The notes beneath the pieces were generated by a model. That model was not told the origin of the DNA and searched no databases. It saw only the letters and a program-made list of their open reading frames with translations. This document shows, one piece after another, positions 37,199-47,196 of a stretch of DNA of 64,000 nt (the first letter of the stretch is position 1; each line of letters opens with the position of its first letter). Origin of the DNA: Candidatus Pacearchaeota archaeon (GTDB lineage: Archaea; Nanobdellota; Nanobdellia; Pacearchaeales; GW2011-AR1); contig BPGA01000001.1 of NCBI GenBank assembly GCA_026002795.1, positions 163,220 to 227,219 on the forward strand, given 5' to 3'. A program made the position numbers and the translations under genes.

Positions 37199-39673
37199 TT
37201 ATTCAACATAAATTCCTGGTTTTCCTGGACGTGCTTTTTTTGATTTATTCTCTGGATCGTATTTTTTTGGGTCACTAGCAGAAAAAACAATTATCTCTGA
37301 ATTAATTTTTTTACCTAGTAATTTAGAATTTTCCTTAAAAAGGTTCAACTCTGAAGGAATTGTATAAAGATAAACTTTTGAGAATTTTTTATTTGTTTTT
37401 TTAAAAATGTTTATAATGTTTTTTAGATCTTCATAAAGATTTTCAATAATTTTATCTTCTTCCTCAAATTTTTTGTTTATTTTATTTTCATCATATTTTG
37501 GCCATTTTTCTAGAGAAATAAAGTTTTTGTTTCCTAATCTTTCCCACAACTCTTCAGTTAAATGAGGACAAAATGGATGTAAAAGTTTAAGAAAAGTTTC
37601 TGCATCTTCTTTTGAAATTTCTTGATTAGTTATCTCTTCAAACAAAGATCTCAATTTAATTATAGCAATATTGTAATTTAAGTTTTCTATATTTTCAGTT
37701 ACTTCTTTTATTGTTTTGTTTATTTTGCTTTCTGTTTTTTCTTTAGTTTTACCTAATTTTATGTTTAGAAAGAAGTAAAAAACATTTGATAAGAATTTGT
37801 GAGAACTTTCTATCCCTAAAGAATTCCATGAAGTATCTTTATCTGGAGAGGCCATTGAAACTAAAAAAAACCTTAAAGAGTCTGAGCCGTATTTTTTAAC
37901 AATATCTAAAGGATCAACTACATTTCCTCTAGATTTAGACATAACATAACCATCTTCTCCGTGAATCATTCCTTGATTAAAGAGTCTTGTAAAGGGTTCA
38001 TTAAATTTTACCAAGCCGAGATCTCTTAAAAACTTTAAAATAAATCTTGAATAAATTAAATGCATTGTTGCGTGCTCAGCCCCACCAACATAAAAATCAA
38101 CGGGCATCCAGTATTCAACTTTCTTTTTATCAAAAATTTCGTTTTTGTTTTTATTGTCACAAAATCTTAAATAGTACCAACTACTATCAAAAAAAGTATC
38201 CATAGTATCTGTCTCTCTTCTAGCTTTTCCATTGCATTTAGGACATTTTGTATTAACAAATTTTTTATTTGTAGAAAGTGGATTTCCTTTTCCGAAGATA
38301 ACTTTTTTTGGAAGAAGAACTGGTAAATCTTTTTCAGGCACTGGAACAATTCCGCATTTATTGCAATAGATTATTGGAATTGGAGTACCCCAATATCTTT
38401 GCCTCGATATAAGCCAATCTTTAAGTTTATATAATGTTTTTTTTCTTGCTAATCCTTTTTCATTAAGGGCAATGAAAATGTGTTCTTTGGCCTCTTCTGT
38501 ATAAAGTCCTGAAAATTCTTTTGAATTTATCAAAATTCCTGAAGATGTATAAGCTTCGTTTAGATTTTTTATTTCTTTATCTATAGGCTTTACAACTTGT
38601 TTAATAGGAAGATTATATTTTTTAGCAAATTCAAAATCTCTTTCATCATGAGCAGGAACGCCCATAACAATTCCTGATCCGTAATCAGCAAGAACAAAAT
38701 TTCCAACCCAAATTGGAATTTTTTCTTTTGTAAATGGGTGCAAAGCATAACTTCCTGTGAAAGCACCTTCTTTTTCAATCTGAGTTTTTTGACTAACTGA
38801 TTTAATCTTTTTCAAAAATTTTTCAACATCTTTTTTATTTTTTTCAGAAACAATATCAAAAAGTTTTGGATGTTGTGCGCTTATAACCATAAATGTGACG
38901 CCAAAAATTGTATCTGGCCTTGTCGTAAATACAGGCCATTTTTCTCCGTTAATTTCAAAAATAATTTCATAACCATCACTTTTTCCTATCCAATTTCTTT
39001 GCATTGTCTTTATTTTTTCTGGCCAATTTAATTTTTCTATTTCTTTTAAAAGTTCTTCTGCATACTCTGTTATTTTTAAAAACCATTGTTCTAGATATTT
39101 TATTTCTACATCTGTATCTTGATGGCGCCAACATTTTCCGTTATGAACTTGTTCATTTGCAAGAACTGTCTCACACTTTGAACAAAAATTAACTGCAGAT
39201 TTTTTTCTATATGCAAGACCTTTTTCAAACATTTTAAGAAATATCCATTGATTCCATTTATAGTAGTTAGGATCATGACTCCACAAAAGTCTAGACCAAT
39301 CATAACTAAAACCTAGTTTTTTTTGTTGTGTAATAAAGTTTTTTATTGCTGAATTAGTAAACTTTTCTGGGTGGGTTTTTGTTTTTATAGCTGCATTTTC
39401 AGCAGGCAATCCAAAAGAATCATATCCTACTGGATACAAAACGTTAAATCCGTTCATTCTTTTAAACCTTGCATAAATATCTCCTATTGTATAATTGAAG
39501 GCGTGGCCCATATGCAATCCAGAACTAGACGGATAAGGATACATTTCAAGACAGTAAAATTTTTTTCCTTTGTATTCTTTAACTTCGAAAATTTTACTCT
39601 TTTCCCATTTTTTCTGCCATTTTTCTTCTATTGCCTTAAATTGATATTTTTTCATTTTAATATTTAATATCAA
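37199..39673 (-). CDS. leuS: leucyl-tRNA synthetase, bacterial type
   Basis: YCLEMYPYPSSSGLHMGHAFNYTIGDIYARFKRMNGFNVLYPVGYDSFGLPAE closely follows bacterial LeuRS N-terminus; KMSKS = VMSKSRGN. Confidence 0.9.
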   Translation of the reverse strand: MILNIKMKKYQFKAIEEKWQKKWEKSKIFEVKEYKGKKFYCLEMYPYPSSSGLHMGHAFNYTIGDIYARFKRMNGFNVLYPVGYDSFGLPAENAAIKTKTHPEKFTNSAIKNFITQQKKLGFSYDWSRLLWSHDPNYYKWNQWIFLKMFEKGLAYRKKSAVNFCSKCETVLANEQVHNGKCWRHQDTDVEIKYLEQWFLKITEYAEELLKEIEKLNWPEKIKTMQRNWIGKSDGYEIIFEINGEKWPVFTTRPDTIFGVTFMVISAQHPKLFDIVSEKNKKDVEKFLKKIKSVSQKTQIEKEGAFTGSYALHPFTKEKIPIWVGNFVLADYGSGIVMGVPAHDERDFEFAKKYNLPIKQVVKPIDKEIKNLNEAYTSSGILINSKEFSGLYTEEAKEHIFIALNEKGLARKKTLYKLKDWLISRQRYWGTPIPIIYCNKCGIVPVPEKDLPVLLPKKVIFGKGNPLSTNKKFVNTKCPKCNGKARRETDTMDTFFDSSWYYLRFCDNKNKNEIFDKKKVEYWMPVDFYVGGAEHATMHLIYSRFILKFLRDLGLVKFNEPFTRLFNQGMIHGEDGYVMSKSRGNVVDPLDIVKKYGSDSLRFFLVSMASPDKDTSWNSLGIESSHKFLSNVFYFFLNIKLGKTKEKTESKINKTIKEVTENIENLNYNIAIIKLRSLFEEITNQEISKEDAETFLKLLHPFCPHLTEELWERLGNKNFISLEKWPKYDENKINKKFEEEDKIIENLYEDLKNIINIFKKTNKKFSKVYLYTIPSELNLFKENSKLLGKKINSEIIVFSASDPKKYDPENKSKKARPGKPGIYVE

Positions 39674-39736
39674 ATAAATTTAAAAATTATTTGTATTCTT
39701 GTTAATCTTTAAATACATTAGAATCTTTTTCTTTTT

Positions 39737-40255
39737 ATGAAAAAAATAAATTTGTTTTTAGTCGGTCAGAAAATTTTTTCTAATTCAGAAGAGGCATTTT
39801 TATTAAATAAAAAAAGTTATTTTGGTGAAAATGTTGACGGCAAAATAGTTTATTCTTTATGTGAAGCTCTTTTTTTGATAGAAGAAAATAAAGCAACGGT
39901 TTTAAGCAAAAAAAAGAAACTAAGTTTTAATGATTTAATAAAAAAATTTGTTAGATATGATTCTAGATTAATGGTAAAATATGTAGTTTTTAAAGATCTA
40001 AGAAAAAAAGGTTATATAGTAAAAACAGCTTTAAAATACGGTGCTGATTTTAGGGTTTATGAAAAAGGGAAAAAACCTGGCAAAGAACATGCGAAGTGGA
40101 TTGTCTTTTGCGATAGTGAAAGTAAAAAAATAAATTGGGTTGATTTTTCTGCAAGAAACAGAATCGCAAACTCTGTAAAGAAAAAACTTTTAATAGCAAT
40201 AGTTGATGAAGAGGGTGATATAACTTATTATGAAGTTAGTTGGGTAAAACCTTAA
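39737..40255 (+). CDS. endA: tRNA-splicing endonuclease
   Basis: Catalytic C-terminal domain GADFRVYEKG ... HAKWIV (Tyr/His/Lys triad). Confidence 0.85.
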   Translation: MKKINLFLVGQKIFSNSEEAFLLNKKSYFGENVDGKIVYSLCEALFLIEENKATVLSKKKKLSFNDLIKKFVRYDSRLMVKYVVFKDLRKKGYIVKTALKYGADFRVYEKGKKPGKEHAKWIVFCDSESKKINWVDFSARNRIANSVKKKLLIAIVDEEGDITYYEVSWVKP

Positions 40256-40274
40256 ATAAAAATTAATTTTTAAA

Positions 40275-41117
40275 ATGGAAAAAGATGCTGCAAAAATAAA
40301 AGAAGAAATTTTGAATATATTAAGAAAAGAAGGTCCAAATATTCCTGCAACAATCTCAAAAAAAATAAATCAAAGTATACTTTTTACTTCTGCATTTTTG
40401 TCAGAGCTTTTTTCTGAAAAAAAAGTAAAAATGAGTAATTTAAGAATTGGAAGCTCTCCTTTATATTTTTTAGATGGTCAAGAGCATTTGTTAGAGGGGT
40501 TTTCTGATTTTTTAAAAGGTAAAGAAAAAGAAGCTTTCCTTCTTTTAAAAGACAAAAAGTTTTTGAAAGACTCTGAATTAGAGCCAGCAATTAGGGTTGC
40601 TTTAAGGCAGATTCGAGATTTTGCTATTCCTTTTTACAATAATAATGAAATCTATTGGAGATTTTTTTTAGTTCCTGAAGAAGAATTTTATAGAATTAAA
40701 GAAGAAAAGAAAGAAGAAGAAATTAAGAGTACTCAGACTAACGAAAACTATAAAATTAAAGAAAAAAGAAAAGAAACAAAAGTAAGGTCTGAATCAAAAA
40801 AATCAAGATTAAAAAAAGAAAAAGAGAGTTTTTTCAATAAAGTTAAAGAGAAAATTAGTTCTAAGAATGAAGAGATTGTTGATATTTTGGATTTCAAAAA
40901 AAATGAAATCGTTTTAAAAGTTAAAAAAGAAAATAAAGAAAAAATTGTTTTTGTTTTCAATAAAAAAAAGCTTTCAGAAAACGATTTTATTAACGCTTTT
41001 AAAAGATCAAAAGAATTTAATTTACCTTATGAAATTATCTTTTTTGGAAAGGTTAATAATAAATTTAATGAGTTTATAACTGCTTTAAAAGAGCTTTCTT
41101 CTATCGAGGGCCGATAG
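40275..41117 (+). CDS. hypothetical protein with two N-terminal winged-helix-like segments and Lys/Glu-rich C-terminal half
   Basis: IKEEILNILRKEGPNIPATISKKIN... and KEAFLLLKDKKFLKDSELEPAIRVALRQI pattern; low complexity C-terminus. Confidence 0.4.
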   Translation: MEKDAAKIKEEILNILRKEGPNIPATISKKINQSILFTSAFLSELFSEKKVKMSNLRIGSSPLYFLDGQEHLLEGFSDFLKGKEKEAFLLLKDKKFLKDSELEPAIRVALRQIRDFAIPFYNNNEIYWRFFLVPEEEFYRIKEEKKEEEIKSTQTNENYKIKEKRKETKVRSESKKSRLKKEKESFFNKVKEKISSKNEEIVDILDFKKNEIVLKVKKENKEKIVFVFNKKKLSENDFINAFKRSKEFNLPYEIIFFGKVNNKFNEFITALKELSSIEGR

Positions 41118-41152
41118 TAAAGTTTTAAAAATAGGCTTTAGTAGGTTATAGA

Positions 41153-41350
41153 ATGGGTAAAATAAAATCTAAACTAATTAAGAGAACAGCTCATGAGTTA
41201 ATACAAAAAGGAATAGAGTTTACAGATAGTTTTGAAGAAAACAAAAAAATACTTGGCAATACAATGCCAAGCAAAAAAATAAGAAACCAGATTGCTGGTT
41301 ATTTAGCAAGACTAAAGAAGTTGGAAAAGGCAAAAAGTATTAGTTCTTAG
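41153..41350 (+). CDS. rps17e: ribosomal protein S17e
   Basis: MGKIKSKLIKRTAHELIQK ... PSKKIRNQIAGYLARL matches eS17. Confidence 0.85.
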   Translation: MGKIKSKLIKRTAHELIQKGIEFTDSFEENKKILGNTMPSKKIRNQIAGYLARLKKLEKAKSISS

Positions 41351-41419
41351 CAAGCAAAATAGTAAGCAAAATCCAAAAAAACTTTTAAAGATTTTAGATT
41401 TTTAAAATAAAAATTAAAA

Positions 41420-41491
41420 GGCTGCATAGTTCAGCGGTAGAACGCCTGTCTCATGAGCAGGAAGTCCCAGGTTCAACTCCTGGTGCAGCCA
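41420..41491 (+). tRNA. tRNA with CAT anticodon (elongator Met or Ile2), unusual G37
   Basis: Acceptor GGCTGCA/TGCAGCC, D-arm GTTC-AGCGGTA-GAAC, anticodon stem CCTGT/GCAGG loop CTCATGA, T-arm CCAGG-TTCAACT-CCTGG, discriminator A; G1-C72 argues against initiator. Confidence 0.8.
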
Positions 41492-41516
41492 TAAAATTTA
41501 AAATATAAAGTTTAAA

Positions 41517-41906
41517 ATGAGCATAAAACTTTTGAAAGATTTTATTGAAAGTAGAAAAATTGCAAGAATTTTAGTTTTTTTAATTGCACTAGAAATATTT
41601 TATTTTTCTTCTTTAGAAGGAGATAAGATTCAAAATTCAGTTTTCAGTTTATCTGTGATTTATCATTTTTCTGTTTTTTTCTTATTGAATTTTTTTTTGT
41701 TAGTTTCATTAAATAACAAAAAAAGAATTAAAATTTCTTTATTTTTATTTTCCATTTTTTTATCATTAGTTTATTCTATACTTGATGAAATACACCAGGT
41801 TTTTGTACCTTTTAGAGATGCTTCTTTACATGATATTTTAGTGAACAATTTAGGGATTTTTTCTTCTTCTTTAGTTTATATTAGATTAAAGAACCACAAC
41901 AGATAA
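41517..41906 (+). CDS. membrane protein (3-4 TM), hypothetical
   Basis: Hydrophobic helices; no motif. Confidence 0.4.
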   Translation: MSIKLLKDFIESRKIARILVFLIALEIFYFSSLEGDKIQNSVFSLSVIYHFSVFFLLNFFLLVSLNNKKRIKISLFLFSIFLSLVYSILDEIHQVFVPFRDASLHDILVNNLGIFSSSLVYIRLKNHNR

Positions 41907-41919
41907 GTTTATAAAAACT

Positions 41920-42267
41920 TTAAAAAAGATGTGATTTTAATTTCTCTCCTTTTCTTCTTGGTATAATGTGAAGATGAAAATGTTTAACAATCTGACCAGC
42001 AACTTCTGAATTGTTGTTAACTAGATTAAATCCTTCAAAAGGTTTTTCTTTTTTTATTATAGAAATTGTTTCTTTAACACATTCTATAAGATCATCTCCT
42101 AAATTATTTCTTAAATCTAAAAAATTTTCAAAGTGTTCTTTAGAAATAACTAAAGAATGTCCTTCTGATACCGGATTTATGTCAAAAATAGAAAAAAAAT
42201 TTTTATTCTCGTAGATTTTTCTAGATTTTATTTCGCCTTTAGAGATTTTACAAAAAATACATTCCAT
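41920..42267 (-). CDS. HIT-family hydrolase
   Basis: Histidine triad HFHLHIIPR; N-terminal CIFCKI. Confidence 0.85.
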   Translation of the reverse strand: MECIFCKISKGEIKSRKIYENKNFFSIFDINPVSEGHSLVISKEHFENFLDLRNNLGDDLIECVKETISIIKKEKPFEGFNLVNNNSEVAGQIVKHFHLHIIPRRKGEKLKSHLF

Positions 42268-42543
42268 AAGTATAAAGAAGATAAAAAAATCATTGCGATA
42301 ATTCGCTCATTTTTTTTAAAAATTTATCTTCTTCTTGATCTTCTTCTTGAGCTCCTTGAACTTCTAGAGCTTCTAGATGTTCTTTTTGAACTTCTCGATG
42401 CTCTTCTTCTTGCTGCCATTTTTCACCTCTCTTCCAAATTTAATTATTATTATTAAGATAGTGATATTTAAAAAAGTTTTGTATTTTTTATTTTTTATGA
42501 AAAAAAATTAAAATTCATTAAAAAAATTGTCGACGAGAAAAAT

Positions 42544-44238
42544 TTAAAATTTTTTTCTTGTATTAACAACTTTTCCAAGTTCAGAAAAATTTTTTTCTTG
42601 AAAGATTAATTCTTCTAAAATTTTTTTTAGATTTTCTATTGGAACCCTTATTTGTTCTGTGGTATCTCTATCTCTAATTGTAACGTCTTTTTTCTTTAAA
42701 CTTTCTTCATCAATTGTTATACAAAAGGGAGTTCCTATTTCGTCTTGTCTTGAATATCTTCTACCAATACTTCCAGATTCGTCATAAAAAACATTAAAAT
42801 TTTTTTTAAGTTCGTTGTAAATTTTTTTTGATAGTTGAACTATTTTTTTATTTGTTTTTACTATAGGTAATATAGCTGCTTTTATTGGAGAAAGTTTTGG
42901 ATGTAATTTCAAAACAATATTTTCTCTTTTTTTATCATAATAAAAAGAATCAAACATAAAAACAAGAAAAGCTCTTTCAACACCTAAACTTGGTTCACAA
43001 ATAACATTTGGTAAAATTTTTTTTCCTGTTTCTTGATCAAAAATTTTTAAATCTTTTTTTGAGAATTTTTCATGCTGACTTAGATCAAAATTTCCTCTAT
43101 CTGCAATCCCTTCAAGTTCCTTCCAACCAAATGGAAATTTGTATTCTATATCCCAAGTGTCCGTTGAATAATGAGAAAGTTCATTTTTTTTATGCTGCCT
43201 TATTCTAAAATTATTCATGTCAGCTCCTAAATTTTTAAACCATAAAAGTTCTGTCGCGAGCCAGTAAGCGTGCCAATCTTTCTTGATTATGCCTTGTTTA
43301 AATGCTTCAGAAATTTTCATTTTCTCTGGCTCTAGATTTTTTTCTTGAGCTTCAGAAGAATAAATTAATATATCAATGTTTGGAATTTCATAAGGGCATT
43401 TTTCATCTAAAGGATTTATAAAGTATTCAATTTCCATTTGTTCAAATTCCCTGCTTCTAAATAAAAAGTCTCTTGGTGCGATTTCATTTCTAAATGCTTT
43501 TCCAATTTGTGCAATACCGCAAGGAAGTTTTAACCTAGAGTTTTCAAAAATATTTTTAAAGTTTATAAAAATTAGTTGGGCTGTTTCTGGTCTTAAATAA
43601 GCTTTTATTGAATTTTCTTTTATAGGACCAACTTCTGTAGTAAACATTGGATTAAACTCTGCTTTAATTTCGTATTCATTACCACATTTTTCGCATTTTG
43701 CATTTTTAATTTCTGATTTATCAATTTTTGTTTTATAACCACATTTTTTACAGCTGACAGCTATATCAACAAAACTAGCGACGTGACCAGAAGCCTCCCA
43801 AACTTTTGGATTTGTTATGATGCTTCCATCAATACCGACAATGTCATCTCTTTCTGTAACGTGATATTTCCACCATTCTTTTTTTATATTGTTTTTAAGT
43901 TCTGTTCCAAAAGGTCCAAAATCCCAAAATCCTGAAAAACCACCATAAATTTCAGCTGAAATATAAACAAAACCTTTTCTCTTACAAAAATTTGCAAGCT
44001 CTTCAATTGAAATTTCTTTTTTTTCCATTTCTGTTTTTTCTATGTCAATTTTTTTATCTTTTAAATTCTTCTCTAAAAATTCTTTTGCTCTTTTTTTTGC
44101 TTCATCTTTTGTTTTTCCTAGATAAGCAAGAGTTTTTGTTTTAACTTTAGTACTGCCATTATTTAAGCGAATTCTTTTATTTTCTTGTAAATAATAATAA
44201 ATTTTTCCACTAATTTTTTTCTTAACAATAAAGGCCAT
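42544..44238 (-). CDS. glyS: glycyl-tRNA synthetase (archaeal/eukaryotic alpha2 type)
   Basis: YISAEIYGGFSGFWDFGPFG, class II motifs, Zn-ribbon-like insertion CKKCG...CEKCG. Confidence 0.88.
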   Translation of the reverse strand: MAFIVKKKISGKIYYYLQENKRIRLNNGSTKVKTKTLAYLGKTKDEAKKRAKEFLEKNLKDKKIDIEKTEMEKKEISIEELANFCKRKGFVYISAEIYGGFSGFWDFGPFGTELKNNIKKEWWKYHVTERDDIVGIDGSIITNPKVWEASGHVASFVDIAVSCKKCGYKTKIDKSEIKNAKCEKCGNEYEIKAEFNPMFTTEVGPIKENSIKAYLRPETAQLIFINFKNIFENSRLKLPCGIAQIGKAFRNEIAPRDFLFRSREFEQMEIEYFINPLDEKCPYEIPNIDILIYSSEAQEKNLEPEKMKISEAFKQGIIKKDWHAYWLATELLWFKNLGADMNNFRIRQHKKNELSHYSTDTWDIEYKFPFGWKELEGIADRGNFDLSQHEKFSKKDLKIFDQETGKKILPNVICEPSLGVERAFLVFMFDSFYYDKKRENIVLKLHPKLSPIKAAILPIVKTNKKIVQLSKKIYNELKKNFNVFYDESGSIGRRYSRQDEIGTPFCITIDEESLKKKDVTIRDRDTTEQIRVPIENLKKILEELIFQEKNFSELGKVVNTRKKF

Positions 44239-44436
44239 AAATTAACCACTACACTAATATATTTAAATTCTTTGTATTCTTAAAGAAAATGTAATTAAAA
44301 TTTTAAGTATCTAATTTGAGTAATTTAGATATTTATCTATTAATTTATAGGTTAATTCATTTATTAGTTTATGTAAGAATTAATTTATTTATTAATAAAT
44401 AGATTTATAAATGAATAGATCTTAAAAATTTGGGGG

Positions 44437-44712
44437 TTGAAAAGAATGCATGATAAAATATCAGATTTAGTTCTAAAAACAATTCAAGAGTCAGATGAGC
44501 CTTTAGAAACAAAAGAAATTCAAGAAAAGATTATAACACAAATTAGAGGAGTTACACGAACAAAGATTTTTTATAGATTAAATTTATTGAGAGGAGAAGG
44601 ATTAATCAAAGGAAAATTTGTTGGGCCTGGAAAGGGTGTTTGGATTTGGTGGGCAGAAAACAATCTTCTAAAAAATGAACAAAAAAGAGGTGAAAATGAT
44701 AATTCAAGTTAA
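44437..44712 (+). CDS. small winged-helix DNA-binding protein (first gene of surface-protein operon); real start likely ATG at 44446
   Basis: WH-like ETKEIQEKIITQIRGVTRTKIFYRLNLLRGEGLIKGK; GGGGGT SD upstream; annotated start is TTG. Confidence 0.5.
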   Translation: MKRMHDKISDLVLKTIQESDEPLETKEIQEKIITQIRGVTRTKIFYRLNLLRGEGLIKGKFVGPGKGVWIWWAENNLLKNEQKRGENDNSS

Positions 44713-44932
44713 TGAAGTAAATAATTTAATAAAATTTGAAGAAGTTTTTACAAATTCAAAATTATTAAGAGGTATGATAAAATTAAGCTATATAATAAAT
44801 AAAAAAAGAAACTACTTTGTTTATACTTTTTTTGAGATTTGGAATCAAAAAACTCTTTTCAACCCGCATGGCTCTGATGTAAATTCAGAGCCATTATACC
44901 CATCAATAAAAAAAGAGGTGGAAAATGAATAG
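44675..44932 (+). CDS. hypothetical small protein
   Basis: 85-aa ORF overlapping both neighbours by a few codons (operon-like coupling); SD AGAGGTG upstream. Confidence 0.4.
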   Translation: MNKKEVKMIIQVNEVNNLIKFEEVFTNSKLLRGMIKLSYIINKKRNYFVYTFFEIWNQKTLFNPHGSDVNSEPLYPSIKKEVENE

Positions 44933-45527
44933 AAAAATTTTACTTTGGACATTTGCAATTTCAGGATTTACAGCTTTAGTTTATGAAATAGTCTGGAGTA
45001 GACAACTTCAGCTGATATTTGGCTCTACAGTTTATGCGGTTTCAACAATATTGACAACTTTCTTTGTTGGATTTTCTCTAGGCTCTTATCTATTCAGGAA
45101 TGTTGCAGATAATTCAAAAAATCCTGTAAAATTATTTGCATTAATTCAAATTGGAATTGGTTTATATGCTGTAATAATATTATGGCTTTTCAAGATTCTT
45201 CCGTCTTTTTATATTCATCTAACAAACATTCCAGGAATTCAGTTCATTCAATTTTTGTTGCTTTTTTTAATTATAATAACTCCAGCGACTTTATTTGGAG
45301 CTACGTGGCCAGTAATAAGCAAATCTTATATTGATTATGAAAAATTAGGAAAAGACACAGGAAGACTTTATGCATTCAATTCATTTGGCTCTTTCCTAGG
45401 GCCTCTAGCAGCAGGGTTTGTTTTAGTTCCTATTTTAGGGATAATAAAAACTTCTCTTTTAATGGCTTTAATTAATATAATAATCGGCACAATATTAATT
45501 TCAAGAGGTAAAAAAAATGAGAATTAA
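44925..45527 (+). CDS. polytopic membrane protein, paralog of the N-terminal TM module of the downstream spermidine-synthase-like protein
   Basis: TFAISGFTALVYEIVWSRQLQLIFGSTVYAVSTILTTFFVGFSLGSYLF parallels IAFVFSGAAALIYEITWIRPLQFVFGSTVYTISIIFAAFMGGLALGSLII of the next ORF; 6 TM. Confidence 0.65.
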   Translation: MNRKILLWTFAISGFTALVYEIVWSRQLQLIFGSTVYAVSTILTTFFVGFSLGSYLFRNVADNSKNPVKLFALIQIGIGLYAVIILWLFKILPSFYIHLTNIPGIQFIQFLLLFLIIITPATLFGATWPVISKSYIDYEKLGKDTGRLYAFNSFGSFLGPLAAGFVLVPILGIIKTSLLMALINIIIGTILISRGKKNEN

Positions 45528-47196
45528 TTTAAGAAGTTTACTAATAATAGCATTTGTGTTTTCAGGAGCAGCAGCTTTAATTTATGAGATAACATGGATT
45601 AGGCCATTGCAGTTCGTCTTTGGCTCAACTGTTTATACAATTTCTATTATATTTGCTGCATTTATGGGTGGCTTGGCTTTAGGATCTTTAATTATTTCAA
45701 AATACATTGATAAACTAAAAAACCTTCCAAAAACTTACGCATTATTTGAAATTGGAATAGGAATTTATGGTGTTTTGCTGTTAAGTATATTTAATCTGCT
45801 TCCTGGTATTTACAATTCATTATATTTCTTACATACAAACTTTTACTTATTTGAATTTGTACAATTCTTAATTGTCTTTTTGGTTTTATTGATTCCAACA
45901 ACTTTAATGGGTGCGACTTTTCCTGTTATTGCAAAATTCTATACAAAAGAAAAGATTGGAAAAGCCATTGGAGAAGTTTATTCTGCAAATAATGTTGGAG
46001 CAATAATAGGAAGTTTTGCTGCAGGATTTATTTTAATTCCTTTAATTGGAATAAAAGAAAGTATAATTTTTGCGGGCAGTATAAACATGTTAATTGGTTC
46101 AATAATAATTTTGAAATCAAAAAGTTTTGAGGAAAATAGAGATAAAATTTTCATAATAACATCAGTTTTATTGTTCCTTATTCTAGCTTATATTGGAAAT
46201 TACAGCATACAACAAATGCATTCTGGAGGATTTTATAGAACTTTAGAAATAGAAAAAGATCTTGGCCCTGTAATTTATTATAATGAAGGACTTTATGCAA
46301 CTGTAAGTGTAAGAGAACTTTTTGGAAAAGGAAAAGCATTATTTATCAATGGAAAAGGCCAGGGAAGTACTGGAATTTTTGATTTAAGAGTTAATTTTAT
46401 GCTTGCTTATTTACCAATATTATTAAAGCCGGATACTAAGGATGTATTAGTTATTGGTTTAGGAACTGGAACAACTTCTGGACAGCTTGCTCAAAGCGTT
46501 AATGTAAAAACTATTGAAATTGAATCAGCAGTTTTGGAAGGAAGTAAATATTTTTCAACTTTTAATTTAAATGTACTTGAAAATCCGAACCATACTTTAA
46601 TTATAGATGATGGAAGAAATTGGCTTTTGAAAAATGAAGAAAAATATGATGTAATAATTCCAGAACATAGTGATCCGTGGCAATCTTTTTCAACAGCATT
46701 ATTTTCAAAAGAGTTTTTGGAACTTGCCTCTGAAGATTTAGATGAAAATGGGTTGTATGTACAATGGGTTCCTATATATCAAATGTCTGTAAAAGATTTC
46801 AAAAATTTCTATAAAACATTTACTTCTGTATTTCCAAATGTTGTTGTATTTGCAAATATAAAACCAGATGAAGATACTCCTGTAAGATTTGAAACTTCTG
46901 AATTAATTTTTGTTGGTTCTAAAAATAAAATAAATATTAGTGAAGAATTAATTAATGAAAACTATAATAAATTACCGGAAATTTCCAAGCAACAGCTAAA
47001 TCTAATAAGATTATCTTCAGGTTCTGAAATTTATCATTTATTTGTTTTTAAAAGTGAACAAATGAAAGGCTATGCAGATGATGCAAAAATAATTACTGAT
47101 GATAATTTACTTTTGGAATTTTCAACAGCGAAACGAGTTTTAAATCAAGGTCCTAAGGAGGTGATAAATGATATTGAAAGGTTTGTTTCAGAATAA
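45517..47196 (+). CDS. membrane-embedded spermidine synthase-like (PABS/methyltransferase fold) fusion protein
   Basis: N-terminal ~7 TM module; C-terminal VLVIGLGTGTTSGQLAQ ... VKTIEIESAVLE ... LIIDDGRNWL resembles spermidine synthase AdoMet-fold. Confidence 0.7.
   Translation: MRINLRSLLIIAFVFSGAAALIYEITWIRPLQFVFGSTVYTISIIFAAFMGGLALGSLIISKYIDKLKNLPKTYALFEIGIGIYGVLLLSIFNLLPGIYNSLYFLHTNFYLFEFVQFLIVFLVLLIPTTLMGATFPVIAKFYTKEKIGKAIGEVYSANNVGAIIGSFAAGFILIPLIGIKESIIFAGSINMLIGSIIILKSKSFEENRDKIFIITSVLLFLILAYIGNYSIQQMHSGGFYRTLEIEKDLGPVIYYNEGLYATVSVRELFGKGKALFINGKGQGSTGIFDLRVNFMLAYLPILLKPDTKDVLVIGLGTGTTSGQLAQSVNVKTIEIESAVLEGSKYFSTFNLNVLENPNHTLIIDDGRNWLLKNEEKYDVIIPEHSDPWQSFSTALFSKEFLELASEDLDENGLYVQWVPIYQMSVKDFKNFYKTFTSVFPNVVVFANIKPDEDTPVRFETSELIFVGSKNKINISEELINENYNKLPEISKQQLNLIRLSSGSEIYHLFVFKSEQMKGYADDAKIITDDNLLLEFSTAKRVLNQGPKEVINDIERFVSE

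Noticed and set aside
42270-42420. Acidic peptide frame (...GEKWQQEEEHREVQKEHLEALEVQGAQEEDQEEDKFLKKMSELSQ) on minus strand
   Set aside because: That frame has no ATG/GTG/TTG start after the upstream TAA. Only the alternative Arg/Ser frame has an ATG with an SD, and even that is reported only as a low-confidence observation.
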